Source: Terriglobales bacterium (GTDB lineage: Bacteria; Acidobacteriota; Terriglobia; Terriglobales; Acidobacteriaceae). Taken from it: a stretch of DNA of 64,000 nucleotides. The translations under genes and the position numbers were made by a program. The stretch covers positions 1,433 through 65,432 of the forward strand of contig DASVWZ010000156.1 of the NCBI GenBank assembly GCA_036392935.1, given 5' to 3'. The notes under the pieces were generated by a model that saw only the letters and a list, made by a program, of their open reading frames with translations, searched no databases and was not told the DNA's origin. This document shows, piece after piece, positions 1-8,979 of the stretch (positions are counted from its first letter, which is position 1; every line of letters starts with the position of its first letter).

Positions 1-1061
1 ATGCCATCGCCGTTGACGTCGGCGGCGGCCAGAGTGTCGCCAGGATAGCGCATATACGCGGTACTTGAAAGGCCGAAATGGCCGTTGCCCTCGCCCCGAT
101 ATATGTAAAGCAGACCCTTGCCTTTAGAGTCGTACCCCACGGTCGCATAGTCGATGTAACCGTCGCCATTGAAGTCGCCTATGGCAACAGGGACGAATTG
201 GTATGCATCGTCGAAGGCGGGCCGCTGAACCAAATCACAGCAAGGGCTCTGGAACGTTCCGTTTCCGTTGCCAAGGAGCACGCCATAGCTAGAGTCTCGA
301 CCATCCTCAAAGTAGACCAGCAGGTCTAACTTGCCATCATTATTGAAGTCGGCGGCGTACGCTAGTGGCCCGCCGCCTTGGGGAGGCAACTTCGTGAATG
401 TACCGTCCCCATTGCCCAAGAGCACAAACAGTCGAGTCGAGTGCTCGTGGCCGTACTGGGTATCTGCCGCAATATCCAGGTTGCCGTCGCCGTTGAAATC
501 TCCGACCACCATCGAATAGACGGCCTCGGTACCTAAGTCAACCGGGGGCTTGAACTCTCCGCTGCCCTTCCCAAGGAAAACCTCCGAGCCGCCTTTTGTG
601 CCGTTTTCGTAACCGACGACAAAATCGAGAATGCCGTCGTTGTTGAAGTCGCCGACGGCCACCACGCCAGGATTGGAGACATTGAACGGGATCGCCTGAA
701 AGCCGACTCCTTTGGCAGTGCCACCAATTTCGAGGTAGGCGACATTCGAAGAGGTTGCTCCGGTTCCTTGAGTCAGCACCGTCACCCAGCCGAAGCCGGC
801 CTTGGCGACGTCGGAGCCGTTAATTTGGGCCTGCAGCTGACTGCTCGACACGTAGGTTGTAGCGCGGACCGATCCGTTCCAATACACGACCGAATTCGTC
901 GTGAAGCCGCTTCCATTGATGGTGAGCGTGAAAGCACCTCTGCCGGGGGCAACGCGGGCGGGCACGAGCGGGTTGTTGATAAAGGGAACGGGGGCGGATT
1001 GGGCGAAGATTAGACCCGTCAGCATTAATGTAAATGTGCAGAGAAATAGCAGACGTTTCAT
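1..1061 (-). CDS. FG-GAP/VCBS-repeat secreted protein, N-terminal part (gene runs off the left edge)
   Basis: Absent from the ORF track because it has no stop inside the window. Reverse strand from ATG at 1061 reads MKRLLFLCTFTLMLTGLIFAQSAPVPF... (signal peptide). Repeated GDFNNDGILD / GDFNGDGNLD / ADFNNDGKLD / GDFNGDGYID loops typical of FG-GAP/VCBS repeats follow. The frame stays open to position 1. Confidence 0.7.
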   Translation of the reverse strand, partial: MKRLLFLCTFTLMLTGLIFAQSAPVPFINNPLVPARVAPGRGAFTLTINGSGFTTNSVVYWNGSVRATTYVSSSQLQAQINGSDVAKAGFGWVTVLTQGTGATSSNVAYLEIGGTAKGVGFQAIPFNVSNPGVVAVGDFNNDGILDFVVGYENGTKGGSEVFLGKGSGEFKPPVDLGTEAVYSMVVGDFNGDGNLDIAADTQYGHEHSTRLFVLLGNGDGTFTKLPPQGGGPLAYAADFNNDGKLDLLVYFEDGRDSSYGVLLGNGNGTFQSPCCDLVQRPAFDDAYQFVPVAIGDFNGDGYIDYATVGYDSKGKGLLYIYRGEGNGHFGLSSTAYMRYPGDTLAAADVNGDG

Positions 1062-1131
1062 GCGGCGCTCCTTGCCCGATCCTGATCGTTTCAGTTTTCC
1101 CAACCAATCACGCTATAACACCGGCGACGCA

Positions 1132-2385
1132 CTAGGGTGTAATTTCAAACACAGTACCGCAACCGGCGCCAGCGCAGGCTGAGCCGCCTTCGTAAGCGGT
1201 GCCATACAGATTGCCATTGCCATCAAAGATCAAGTTGGCGGAAGGGTAGGTTCCACCACTGTTATTAAAGGAATGCAGCACGGTTTCGGCCCAGAGGCCA
1301 TCCTGTTCCGGGCTCAACTCGAAGACGATGCCGAGATTGTACACTCCTCCGCCCTGGCAGGTGCCGTACAAGTTGCCTGATCCATCGAGGATCAAGCTGC
1401 CGGTCGGATCCTTCCAACTGCCGTCGAAGGAATGCAGAGTGGTTTCGGTCCAACCGGCAGCGCCCGGAGACAATTCGAAGACAGCGCCATCGCCATGGGC
1501 GCCGCCCGTTGAAGCAGTGCCATAGAGGTTTCCCGACGCATCAAGGATAAGGCCTGCAATCGGCCCAGAGCCGGCCAGTCCCTTAAAAGAGTAAATCACG
1601 TGCTCGGTATAGTGAGTGGATTTGGGACTCAATTCAAAAACTGTGCCGCAGCCGAGGCTTCCACAATTGGGACGCGATACGTCGCCACCGTGCGGCGTGG
1701 TGCCGTAGAGATTACCGGCGGAGTCGAAGACCAAACCGGATATGGGATTGTATCCATCCTTGCCAACGCCAAAGTTATGGAGCACGGTTTCGTGCCAGTC
1801 GCCATCCCGCGCCCGGGACAGCTTGAATGCCACCCCTCGATCGATGGAACCGCCACTGAAGGTTGTGCCGTACAGGCTACCCGATGAATCGAAGGTCAAG
1901 GTTGCCCAGGGCGTCGCGCCGTCGTCACAGGCGGCGACGGAACAGAAGCGGTAGAGGACGTGTTCCGTCCAGGAGCCATTGGAGCCAGGCGCAAGCTGAA
2001 AAACGACGCCATTATTGTCTTTTCCGCCGGCGGTGGTTGTGCCATAGAGGTTTCCAGCCGAATCAAAGACCAGGCCGGAGTATGGGTTTGCGCCATCGGC
2101 GCAGTTCGACTGCGCGCAGAAGCTATATAAGACGGTTTCGACCCATTTCCCCCCGGCGCCCGGGGAAAGTTCAAAGACTGTGCCCGATCCGCCGGCACCG
2201 CCCTCGACGGTAGTGCTGTAAAGGTTGCCAGAAGCATCGAAGATGAGGCCGGCCCCTGGAGACTGCCCAACCCCGCTATTGAAATAGCGAATGACCTTGT
2301 ACTCGGCAGCAAACGCAGGGGCGGCGGTGAATGCGAGACAAATGGCAATGCTGGTGGCTGAGATAAGGGTCTTTATCAGGCGCAT
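1132..2385 (-). CDS. GloVer (Gloeo_Verruco) tandem-repeat secreted protein
   Basis: About 9 repeats of the pattern G.GNLYGTT..GG....G(T/V)VFEL(S)P. Signal peptide MRLIKTLISATSIAICLAFTAAPAFA. ATG at 2385 has GGAGGA 5 nt upstream; the track start at 2397 is a GTG 4 codons further up. Confidence 0.8.
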   Translation of the reverse strand: MRLIKTLISATSIAICLAFTAAPAFAAEYKVIRYFNSGVGQSPGAGLIFDASGNLYSTTVEGGAGGSGTVFELSPGAGGKWVETVLYSFCAQSNCADGANPYSGLVFDSAGNLYGTTTAGGKDNNGVVFQLAPGSNGSWTEHVLYRFCSVAACDDGATPWATLTFDSSGSLYGTTFSGGSIDRGVAFKLSRARDGDWHETVLHNFGVGKDGYNPISGLVFDSAGNLYGTTPHGGDVSRPNCGSLGCGTVFELSPKSTHYTEHVIYSFKGLAGSGPIAGLILDASGNLYGTASTGGAHGDGAVFELSPGAAGWTETTLHSFDGSWKDPTGSLILDGSGNLYGTCQGGGVYNLGIVFELSPEQDGLWAETVLHSFNNSGGTYPSANLIFDGNGNLYGTAYEGGSACAGAGCGTVFEITP

Positions 2386-2851
2386 GGCGTCCTCCACAAA
2401 AAATTTGGACCTGGGCTGAGGATACGGAGGAAATCGTGGGGGCGAAAGGCGTTCCGTATCGATGGCAAGAAATTATCCGCCGGGAGGGGCGGGATGTCAA
2501 ATGGAGCAAGGCAGAAGTTAGAAGGCAGAAGGCAGAAGTTGAAAACCGCGGGCAGAAGTAAGAGGTTGGGATGCGGACGTCAGATGCCGGTTCCGTTTTG
2601 GGAGGGGATTTTTGTTGATTTGGTTGGAGCGCACAGACATGCAGCCCGGGGTGTTGATAAATATGCGTGTGTCTCCCGTCAGATGCTGGACTTGCCCGAT
2701 TTCTCAGGTCGAGGTGAAGTCCGATGGCATGCTGCGATAACAATTTTTCCCGCCACGGCACTCTTCTGCCGGTCCGCGACGGTGATGGTGGGGAGGGTCA
2801 AGGCAGAAGTCAGAGGGCAGAATGCAGAAATAGAAGCACGGGTCGGGTCTT

Positions 2852-2888
2852 GCCCACCCTCTCGCAAAAAACGCGAGAAGGGTGGGGC
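2852..2888. repeat. REP-like hairpin (GCCCACCCTCTCGC-A6-GCGAGAAGGGTGGGG)
   Basis: Near-perfect 13-14 bp inverted repeat with an A-rich loop. It lies inside the N-terminal extension of track ORF 2724..6059. Confidence 0.5.
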
Positions 2889-2897
2889 AACCGCTTC

Positions 2898-5800
2898 TTG
2901 ATTCTTTCCGCCATTCTCATAACGCTTCTTGCCAGTGCGGCCGAGGCGCAGGATGCGACGGGGGCGCTAAGGGGGACGGTGAGCGATCCGACGGGGGCAA
3001 GGATTGCCGATGCGACGGTGGTGGTGGTGAACGACGCGACGGGATTTCGCTATTCGATGGCGAGCGACGCGGAGGGGCGGTTTGCGTTTGAGCTGCTGCC
3101 GCCGGGGGACTATACGGCGCGGGCTGCGGCGCGGGGGATGTCTGCGCAGGAGACGCCGAAGCTGCATGTGGAGGTTGGCGGTGAGACCGCGATCGACTTC
3201 AAGCTGGAGGTTGCGGGCGGGAAGGAAACGGTCACGGTGACGGGCGAGCCACCGGTGGTGGATACGCAGCCGGCGGCGGTGTCATCGCTGATCGATGAGC
3301 GGGCGATTGGCGGGTTGCCGCTGGATGGGCGGCGGTACACGGACCTGGCGCTGCTGACGCCGGGAGTGACGCAGGATCCGCGCGGGTTGACGATGGGATC
3401 GAATGGCGATTTGGCGTTTGGCGGGATACGCGGATTCCAGACGAGTTACCTGGTAGACGGGGCCGACAACAACAACGCATTTTTCGCGCAGGCGACGGGA
3501 CGGTACCGGGCGCCGTATCAGTTTTCGAACGAGGTGGTGCAGGAGTTTCGGGTGTCGTCGAATACGTACGGAGCGGAGCTGGGGCGAGCGGGCGGCGCGG
3601 TGGTGAATGTGGTAACGAAGTCGGGATCGAATCAACTGCACGGGAGCGGATTTTATTTTTTGCGGGATGCGACGTTTGGGGCGACGCATCCGCTGCTGGA
3701 TTTTAAGCCTTACAGCCAGCAACAGCAGTTTGGTGCGACGGTGGGAGGGCCGATCAAGCGGAATAAGGTCTTCTTTTTTGCGGGGCTCGATCAGCACATC
3801 TTCCATGACACCAGCGTGGTGCGGTTTCTGGATGGCAGTTCCGAGGTGGTGCCGCAGCCGGGTGATCCGCCGCTGTATCCGGGGGATTATGAGGAGAGCG
3901 ACAAAGGGTTGGTGTTTGCGGCGGCGGGAAAGTTGAATGAGCTCGCGGGAAACCATCCGGCGCAGATGCTAGGCAACGCGGGATTTTTCAAGCTGGACGC
4001 GGAGTTGAGCCCGCACCAGACTTTGTCGGCGAGGCTGAGCACGTCGAGATATTGGGGATTGAATAATGTGTTTCTGGATCCGGGGAGCCCGCTGACGACG
4101 TTTGCCATCAGCGACAACGGGCAGGAGCAGGTGGCGACGGAGAGCGGATCGATTTCGCTGACCAGTGCGCTGTCGTGGAGGATGGTGAGCCATCTGCGGG
4201 CGCAGTTTACGCGGGACCTGGAACAGTCGTTTACGAATTCGACCGATCCGCTGAGCCGGATCAACAGCATTATCGATGCGTTTGGGCAATCGTCGATTTT
4301 GCCACGGCAGACGCGCGAACATCGGTTGCATTTAACGGAGACGCTGAGCCTGGAAGAAGGACGGAATTCGTTGAAGTTTGGCGGGGATGTGTTGCTGACG
4401 TGGATTTATAACTTTTTTCCGTCGGAGTTTGGCGGAGAGTATATTTTTGATCCGATCAAGGTGGATCCGTTTACCTTCGAGCCGATGGAGGATGGGCTGG
4501 AACTGACGCCGCTGAGGGCATACGCGCACGATGTTCCGAAATATTACACGCAGAATTTTGGGACGGCAGTGTCGCATCCGGATTCGAACGAGTATGCGGC
4601 GTTTGCGCAGGACACGGTGCGGGTGAACCGGCATCTGGCGCTGAGTTTGGGAGTGCGGTATGACTTGCAAACGTATACGACGAAGGGGTTGATTCAGAAT
4701 CCGCTGTGGCCGGGATCGGGGAAGGTTCCGTTTAATCCGGATAATTTTGCGCCGCGGGTGGGGATGGCGTATTCGGTGGGCGAGAAGAAGCCGCTGGTGG
4801 TGCGCGCGGGGTATGGGTGGTTTTATACGCGCATTCCGCAGATTTATAACTCGACGATTGCGACGGACAATGGGTATTCGTCGTTCAATCTGTTTCTGGA
4901 TAATTCGAATTACTACGATCATCAGGTGTTTCCGCAGTATCCGAATGCGCTGGTGGATTGTCCGCTGATGGCAGCTTCGTGCGCGCTGCCGGCGAACCTG
5001 GCGCAGTTTGCGCAGGCTTCGATTTCGGCGTTCGCGACGAATTTCAAAACGCCGAAGGTGGAGCAGGCGAGCGTGAGCCTGGAGCGCGAGATGGCGGCGC
5101 GGCTGGTGGTGGGCGTGTCTTATATGTATGTGCACGGGATCGATCTGATCCGCGCGCTGGACGGGAATCTGCCGGCGCCGGTGAATGTGGAGTATCCGGT
5201 TTACGACGCGCAGGGGATTAATTTTCTGGGGACGTTTTATAACGTACAGTCGTTTTCGACATTGCAGCAGACGCCGTCGTTCACCTGTCCTTTTCCGCCG
5301 TGCATCAATCCGCTGGCGCGGCCGATTCCACAGTTGGGCGCGGTTGATGTGTATCAAAGCGCGGCATCGAGTGTGTATAACGGCGGGACGTTGTCGATTC
5401 ACCGGCAGATGACGCACGGACTGTACTTCCGGATGGCGTACACATTCGCGAAAGCGATTGACGATGGCCAGGATGCGCTGGTGGCGGGCGATCCGGCGCT
5501 GGTGCAGAACTCGTACGCGCCGAATGCCGAGCGCGGACCGAGTGTGACTGACCAACGGCAGCGGCTGGTGGTGTCGTGGATTGCGGAGCCGCGCCCGTTT
5601 CATCGGGGGCAGGATGTGTTGGAGAAAATGTTCAACGACTGGAAGCTGGCCAGCGTGGCGACGGTGGGAAGCGGACGGCCGGTGACAGTGACGGTGGCGG
5701 GCGATCCTAATCAGGATGGAAACGACGACAATGACCGGTTGCCGGGAGCGGGCAGAAATTCGTTTCTTGGGCCGGACTATGCCACGGTTGATGCACGGCT

Positions 5801-6059
5801 GACGCGGCGAATTCATGCGGGAGACCGGCTGAAGATGGATTTTATTGTGGAATCGTTCAATCTGCTGAACCGCGACAATAAACAGGTGACCGTAACGGAG
5901 AATGGACTGGAGAGCAGCAGTGTCTACTTCGAAAAAATGTTCACGCAACTCGGAATCAACTATTACCCTGGCCACTTCCAGGTGCCGTCGAATCCGTTGC
6001 AAATCACGAACGCGTTTCCGCCGCGGCAGGTGCAACTGGCGCTCAAGATGATTTTCTGA
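2898..6059 (+). CDS. TonB-dependent receptor with N-terminal carboxypeptidase-regulatory-like domain
   Basis: Signal peptide ILSAILITLLASAAEAQ, then GTVSDPTGARIADATVVVVNDATGFRYSMASDAEGRFAFELLPPGDY (CarboxypepD_reg-like). A plug-like region and a long beta-barrel follow, ending in a C-terminal Phe (LALKMIF). Start is uncertain: the ATG at 2724 would translate through intergenic repeats, so TTG at 2898 is proposed. Confidence 0.8.
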   Translation: MILSAILITLLASAAEAQDATGALRGTVSDPTGARIADATVVVVNDATGFRYSMASDAEGRFAFELLPPGDYTARAAARGMSAQETPKLHVEVGGETAIDFKLEVAGGKETVTVTGEPPVVDTQPAAVSSLIDERAIGGLPLDGRRYTDLALLTPGVTQDPRGLTMGSNGDLAFGGIRGFQTSYLVDGADNNNAFFAQATGRYRAPYQFSNEVVQEFRVSSNTYGAELGRAGGAVVNVVTKSGSNQLHGSGFYFLRDATFGATHPLLDFKPYSQQQQFGATVGGPIKRNKVFFFAGLDQHIFHDTSVVRFLDGSSEVVPQPGDPPLYPGDYEESDKGLVFAAAGKLNELAGNHPAQMLGNAGFFKLDAELSPHQTLSARLSTSRYWGLNNVFLDPGSPLTTFAISDNGQEQVATESGSISLTSALSWRMVSHLRAQFTRDLEQSFTNSTDPLSRINSIIDAFGQSSILPRQTREHRLHLTETLSLEEGRNSLKFGGDVLLTWIYNFFPSEFGGEYIFDPIKVDPFTFEPMEDGLELTPLRAYAHDVPKYYTQNFGTAVSHPDSNEYAAFAQDTVRVNRHLALSLGVRYDLQTYTTKGLIQNPLWPGSGKVPFNPDNFAPRVGMAYSVGEKKPLVVRAGYGWFYTRIPQIYNSTIATDNGYSSFNLFLDNSNYYDHQVFPQYPNALVDCPLMAASCALPANLAQFAQASISAFATNFKTPKVEQASVSLEREMAARLVVGVSYMYVHGIDLIRALDGNLPAPVNVEYPVYDAQGINFLGTFYNVQSFSTLQQTPSFTCPFPPCINPLARPIPQLGAVDVYQSAASSVYNGGTLSIHRQMTHGLYFRMAYTFAKAIDDGQDALVAGDPALVQNSYAPNAERGPSVTDQRQRLVVSWIAEPRPFHRGQDVLEKMFNDWKLASVATVGSGRPVTVTVAGDPNQDGNDDNDRLPGAGRNSFLGPDYATVDARLTRRIHAGDRLKMDFIVESFNLLNRDNKQVTVTENGLESSSVYFEKMFTQLGINYYPGHFQVPSNPLQITNAFPPRQVQLALKMIF

Positions 6060-6074
6060 GCGACGGGGCGGTAA

Positions 6075-6923
6075 TTATTTCGCAGCCGAAGGTTTTTCGG
6101 TTGTCTCTGATTTGGGTTCAGTCTTAGTTTCGGTTTCGGCATTTGGGCCGGGCTTGGTTGCGTCGTTGGGTGTTTGATCGTCAGCGGGTGAACCGGCTGA
6201 TTTGTCCTTTTCGAGATATTGGACGATGACGGAGATGCGGCGGTTCGAGGCGTCCTCGGGATTGTCTTTCACGCGCGGCAACTGATCGGCGTATCCACGT
6301 ACCTGGGAGACCTGATCCTGCCTGAGGCCGTCGTGCTGCATGAGGCGACGAGCGGCGTTGGCGCGGTCGGCGGAGAGTTCCCAGTTGCTGTATTCGTTTT
6401 TGCCGGAATAAGGCTTGGCGTCGGTGTGACCCTCGATGGACACACGATTGGGAAGCTTGCCCAGTTCCTGCGCCAGCAGTGTAAGCAATTCCTGACCGTT
6501 GGTATTGGGGCTGGGACTTCCGGATTCGAAAAACGTGCCCTTTTCGCTTTCGAGCAGCTCGATGCGTAGGCCTTCAGAGGTGACGGTCATTTCGATCTGC
6601 TTCTTGAGTTTCTCGAAATCATTCATCTGGCGGATGCGACTTTGCAATTCATCTTTCAAGTGACCCATGTCGTCTTTGGTGAGCGCAATATTTTCCCCTG
6701 AGCCGGTCTCGCCGTTACCCACCAGCTTCGATGTTCCGGATGGGTCTTTGAAATAACCGCCGACGGCTTCCTGGATTTGTTTGCTGGTGTTCAGCAGCCA
6801 AAGCACGATGAACAGCGCCATCATGGCGGTGACGAAGTCAGCGTAGGCCACCTTCCAGGCGCCGCCATGGTGGCCGCCGTGACCACCTTTCTTAATGATG
6901 ATTATGGGGCGGGTTTTGTCCAT
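6075..6923 (-). CDS. motB: flagellar motor stator protein MotB (OmpA-like C-terminal domain)
   Basis: N-terminus GGHGGHHGGAWKVAYADFVTAMMALFIVLWLL (plug/TM with conserved Asp). OmpA-like region HTDAKPY...NWELSADRANAARRLM. Starts 9 nt after motA. Confidence 0.85.
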   Translation of the reverse strand: MDKTRPIIIIKKGGHGGHHGGAWKVAYADFVTAMMALFIVLWLLNTSKQIQEAVGGYFKDPSGTSKLVGNGETGSGENIALTKDDMGHLKDELQSRIRQMNDFEKLKKQIEMTVTSEGLRIELLESEKGTFFESGSPSPNTNGQELLTLLAQELGKLPNRVSIEGHTDAKPYSGKNEYSNWELSADRANAARRLMQHDGLRQDQVSQVRGYADQLPRVKDNPEDASNRRISVIVQYLEKDKSAGSPADDQTPNDATKPGPNAETETKTEPKSETTEKPSAAK

Positions 6924-6932
6924 GGGGATTTT

Positions 6933-7823
6933 TCAGGCAGATGCGCCGGCAGCGGCGGCGGCGGGAGCGTCGCCACCTCCACCACGACAGGTACTTTCAA
7001 CTTCTTTAAACGATGGACGAACGTGCGAGGGGATGGCGCGGCGGCCGAACTCGACCGCAAGGACCGGCGCGCTTCCTTTGAGAAACGCCACCATGGTCAC
7101 GCGCATGACGTAGAGAAAGGCGCGTTCTTCATCGGCAATTTTTGCCATGTTGGCTGCCACGGGGCCGATCAATCCATAGCAGAGCAATATGCCAAGGAAG
7201 GTTCCGACCAGCGCGGCGGCAACTTTTTCTCCGATCTGCTCGGGCGGGCCACCGAGTGCGCCCATGGTGATGACCACGCCGAGAACTGCGGCGACGATGC
7301 CGAGGCCAGGAAGCGAGTCTGCCATGGTGGAGAGCGAGGATACAGGCTGGGTGGTGTGATGGTGGTGGACTTCCATATCGAGATCGAGGAGCTGATCGAG
7401 ATCGAAGGCTTCGACGCCGGTGATGGCCATGCGCATGGTGTCGCAGAAAAAATCTCGCAGGTGGTGGTTCTTGATGAACTCGGGATATTTTGAAAGCAAA
7501 GGGCTCTTGTCGGGAGCTTCGATGTCGGCTTCGAGCGACATCAGGCCTTCTCGGCGAGCTTTGTTGAGCAGGTCAAAGATCATCTTCAGAGTTTCGAGAT
7601 AGCGTTTCTTGGTGAATTTCGATCCGCCGAAGGTGCCGCCGATGCCGCCGGCGATCTGCTTGAGAATGTGGAGCGGGTTGGCGATCAAGACGGTGCCGAT
7701 GCCGGCACCACCGATGATGATCAGTTCGGCGGGCTGGATCAGGACTTTGACGTGCCCGTGCTCCATAAGAAAGCCGCCAAGCACGGCACCGAATACAACG
7801 ACAATTCCGATGATGGTAAACAT
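6933..7823 (-). CDS. motA: flagellar motor stator protein MotA
   Basis: MFTIIGIVVVFGAVLGGFLMEHG..QPAELIIIGGAGIG...SLPGLGIVAAVLGVV...VGTFLGILLCYG...AVEFGRR is collinear with E. coli MotA. The internal ATG at 7823 is used; the track start at 7964 would overlap the upstream gene. Confidence 0.9.
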   Translation of the reverse strand: MFTIIGIVVVFGAVLGGFLMEHGHVKVLIQPAELIIIGGAGIGTVLIANPLHILKQIAGGIGGTFGGSKFTKKRYLETLKMIFDLLNKARREGLMSLEADIEAPDKSPLLSKYPEFIKNHHLRDFFCDTMRMAITGVEAFDLDQLLDLDMEVHHHHTTQPVSSLSTMADSLPGLGIVAAVLGVVITMGALGGPPEQIGEKVAAALVGTFLGILLCYGLIGPVAANMAKIADEERAFLYVMRVTMVAFLKGSAPVLAVEFGRRAIPSHVRPSFKEVESTCRGGGGDAPAAAAAGASA

Positions 7824-7827
7824 CCAA

Positions 7828-8886
7828 TTAACCTTTTGACGCGTTGGCCGCAACGGAACGCAACGTGTCCGGGTTTGGCCCTGACAAAGACTGCGTCGTG
7901 CCGGGTGAAATGTCGGAAACCGCCCGAGCGAGCAGTGACTCGAGTGAGTCGGCCTCTTGCACAAGAGTGCGACCCATGCGTGTGGTAACGGCGTGCTGAT
8001 CGCCCCACCACTGCAACCGGGCGGAATTCATTAACCGGGAGATGCGGTCCCCAGCGACCTGCACTCCATGGGCGCTACAGTTGGAAAGAATAAGCAGGAA
8101 CTGGTTTTCTTCCCATCGACCGAGAAAATCTCCTGAATGTATGGTGTTGCGGATGCTTTCTGCGACGACGTGCAGCATGGTATCCCCTGCGGCATGTCCG
8201 TGGGCGGCGCGGAAGTCCGCCAACTTTTCCACTTGAATCAGGAGAATGGCGAACGGCAGGTGGTACTCGAGAAATGCGTTCATGCTCTCGCGCAGCTGCA
8301 AGCGGGTGTATCCGCGGTTGGGCACGCCGGTGGCTTCGTCGAGGCAGCCGTAGCGCGAAAGACGATGGTGGTGGCGTTCGCTGTCGATGACCGAAACGTG
8401 CTGGTCGAAACTTTGCGCGACGGCCACGGTTGCACCTAACCGGTCCACAATGGGAGCGCAATGCATGAGCACCCTGAGGGTATGGCCATGCTTGTGGGCC
8501 AATTCGATGGGAAATTCCCTCGGCTGGCCATCGCGAAGGGTTGCGGCGAATGGACATTCGCCGCCGCATGCCACACAAGCGTGCGAGTCACAAGGCTGGA
8601 GGAGGTTGCTGTGACAGGTCGAGCCGATGACTTCATAATGCTTGAACCCGGTCATCCGTTCCGCACCCCGGTTCCAGAGTGTGATTCGGCCTTCGCGGTC
8701 GAGTACATAGACTCCAGTCTGCAGACTTTCAAGAACGGCACGGTACAGTTCGTGTTCCGGTATGGGGAGCATTGGCGGGCAAAGTATGCTTGCTCCTCTA
8801 TCATCGGCGGAGAGATGGTGGACTTCAGGAAGCTGAACTTCGCCGAGGTGCAGGCCGCATCCGGGTTCGGCAAGCTCACACGGCAA
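7828..8886 (-). CDS. PAS sensor with Cys-rich insert fused to a degenerate (EENQF) GGDEF domain
   Basis: PAS core: LESLQTGVYVLDREGRITLWNRGAERMTGF. Cys cluster: C-x7-C-x4-C-x2-C-x3-C (aa 91-111). GGDEF-fold landmarks: DEATGVPNRGY, HGHAAGDTML. The A-site reads GRWEENQF instead of RxGG(D/E)EF, and the metal-binding DxD region reads IQVE. Stop is 4 nt before the motA ATG. The start could instead be the internal Met (MLPIPEHE). Confidence 0.8.
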   Translation of the reverse strand: MPCELAEPGCGLHLGEVQLPEVHHLSADDRGASILCPPMLPIPEHELYRAVLESLQTGVYVLDREGRITLWNRGAERMTGFKHYEVIGSTCHSNLLQPCDSHACVACGGECPFAATLRDGQPREFPIELAHKHGHTLRVLMHCAPIVDRLGATVAVAQSFDQHVSVIDSERHHHRLSRYGCLDEATGVPNRGYTRLQLRESMNAFLEYHLPFAILLIQVEKLADFRAAHGHAAGDTMLHVVAESIRNTIHSGDFLGRWEENQFLLILSNCSAHGVQVAGDRISRLMNSARLQWWGDQHAVTTRMGRTLVQEADSLESLLARAVSDISPGTTQSLSGPNPDTLRSVAANASKG

Positions 8887-8979
8887 AATGGGAAGGCCTC
8901 GAGGATCGGAAAGGCGCCGGTTACTTTGGTCAGTATTACGCGGATGGTTTGAACGCTAGAATGGGCGCACGGGGAGGAA

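Noticed and set aside
2398-2897. A cobalamin or other riboswitch in the long leader of the TonB-dependent receptor gene.
   Set aside because: I found no B12-box-like GCCACTG core or other recognisable riboswitch signature by eye. The region is dominated by AGAAG heptamers and a REP-like hairpin.
4332-6035. Long antisense ORFs opposite real genes. Examples: 4332..6035(-), 3282..3956(-), 8956..10116(-), 21806..22663(-), 28749..29597(-), 42094..43470(-), 47191..49188(-), 51818..53623(-), 55338..57620(+), 59293..60180(+).
   Set aside because: Their translations are Arg/His/Pro-rich or Gly/Asp/Val/Ala-rich low-complexity strings with no motifs. Each lies opposite an ORF with clear family signatures. 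This is the usual shadow-ORF effect in GC-rich DNA.
6075-7823. MotA/MotB as a mis-called ExbB/ExbD or TolQ/TolR pair serving the nearby TonB-like protein.
   Set aside because: MotA here is ~296 aa and collinear with E. coli MotA, including the large cytoplasmic loop. MotB has the OmpA-like peptidoglycan-binding domain. ExbB/ExbD and TolQ/TolR are much shorter and lack these features.
6933-7964. Upstream-extended starts in the ORF track for motA (7964), the CbcL-like gene (12822), the ImcH-like gene (15202), ALDH (21455), secA (28701), gatC (61368), lhgO (26766) and the 54036 gene (54392).
   Set aside because: The extensions overlap neighbouring genes or repeats and lack signal or TM character. 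Internal starts give canonical N-termini and, in most cases, a Shine-Dalgarno-like sequence.
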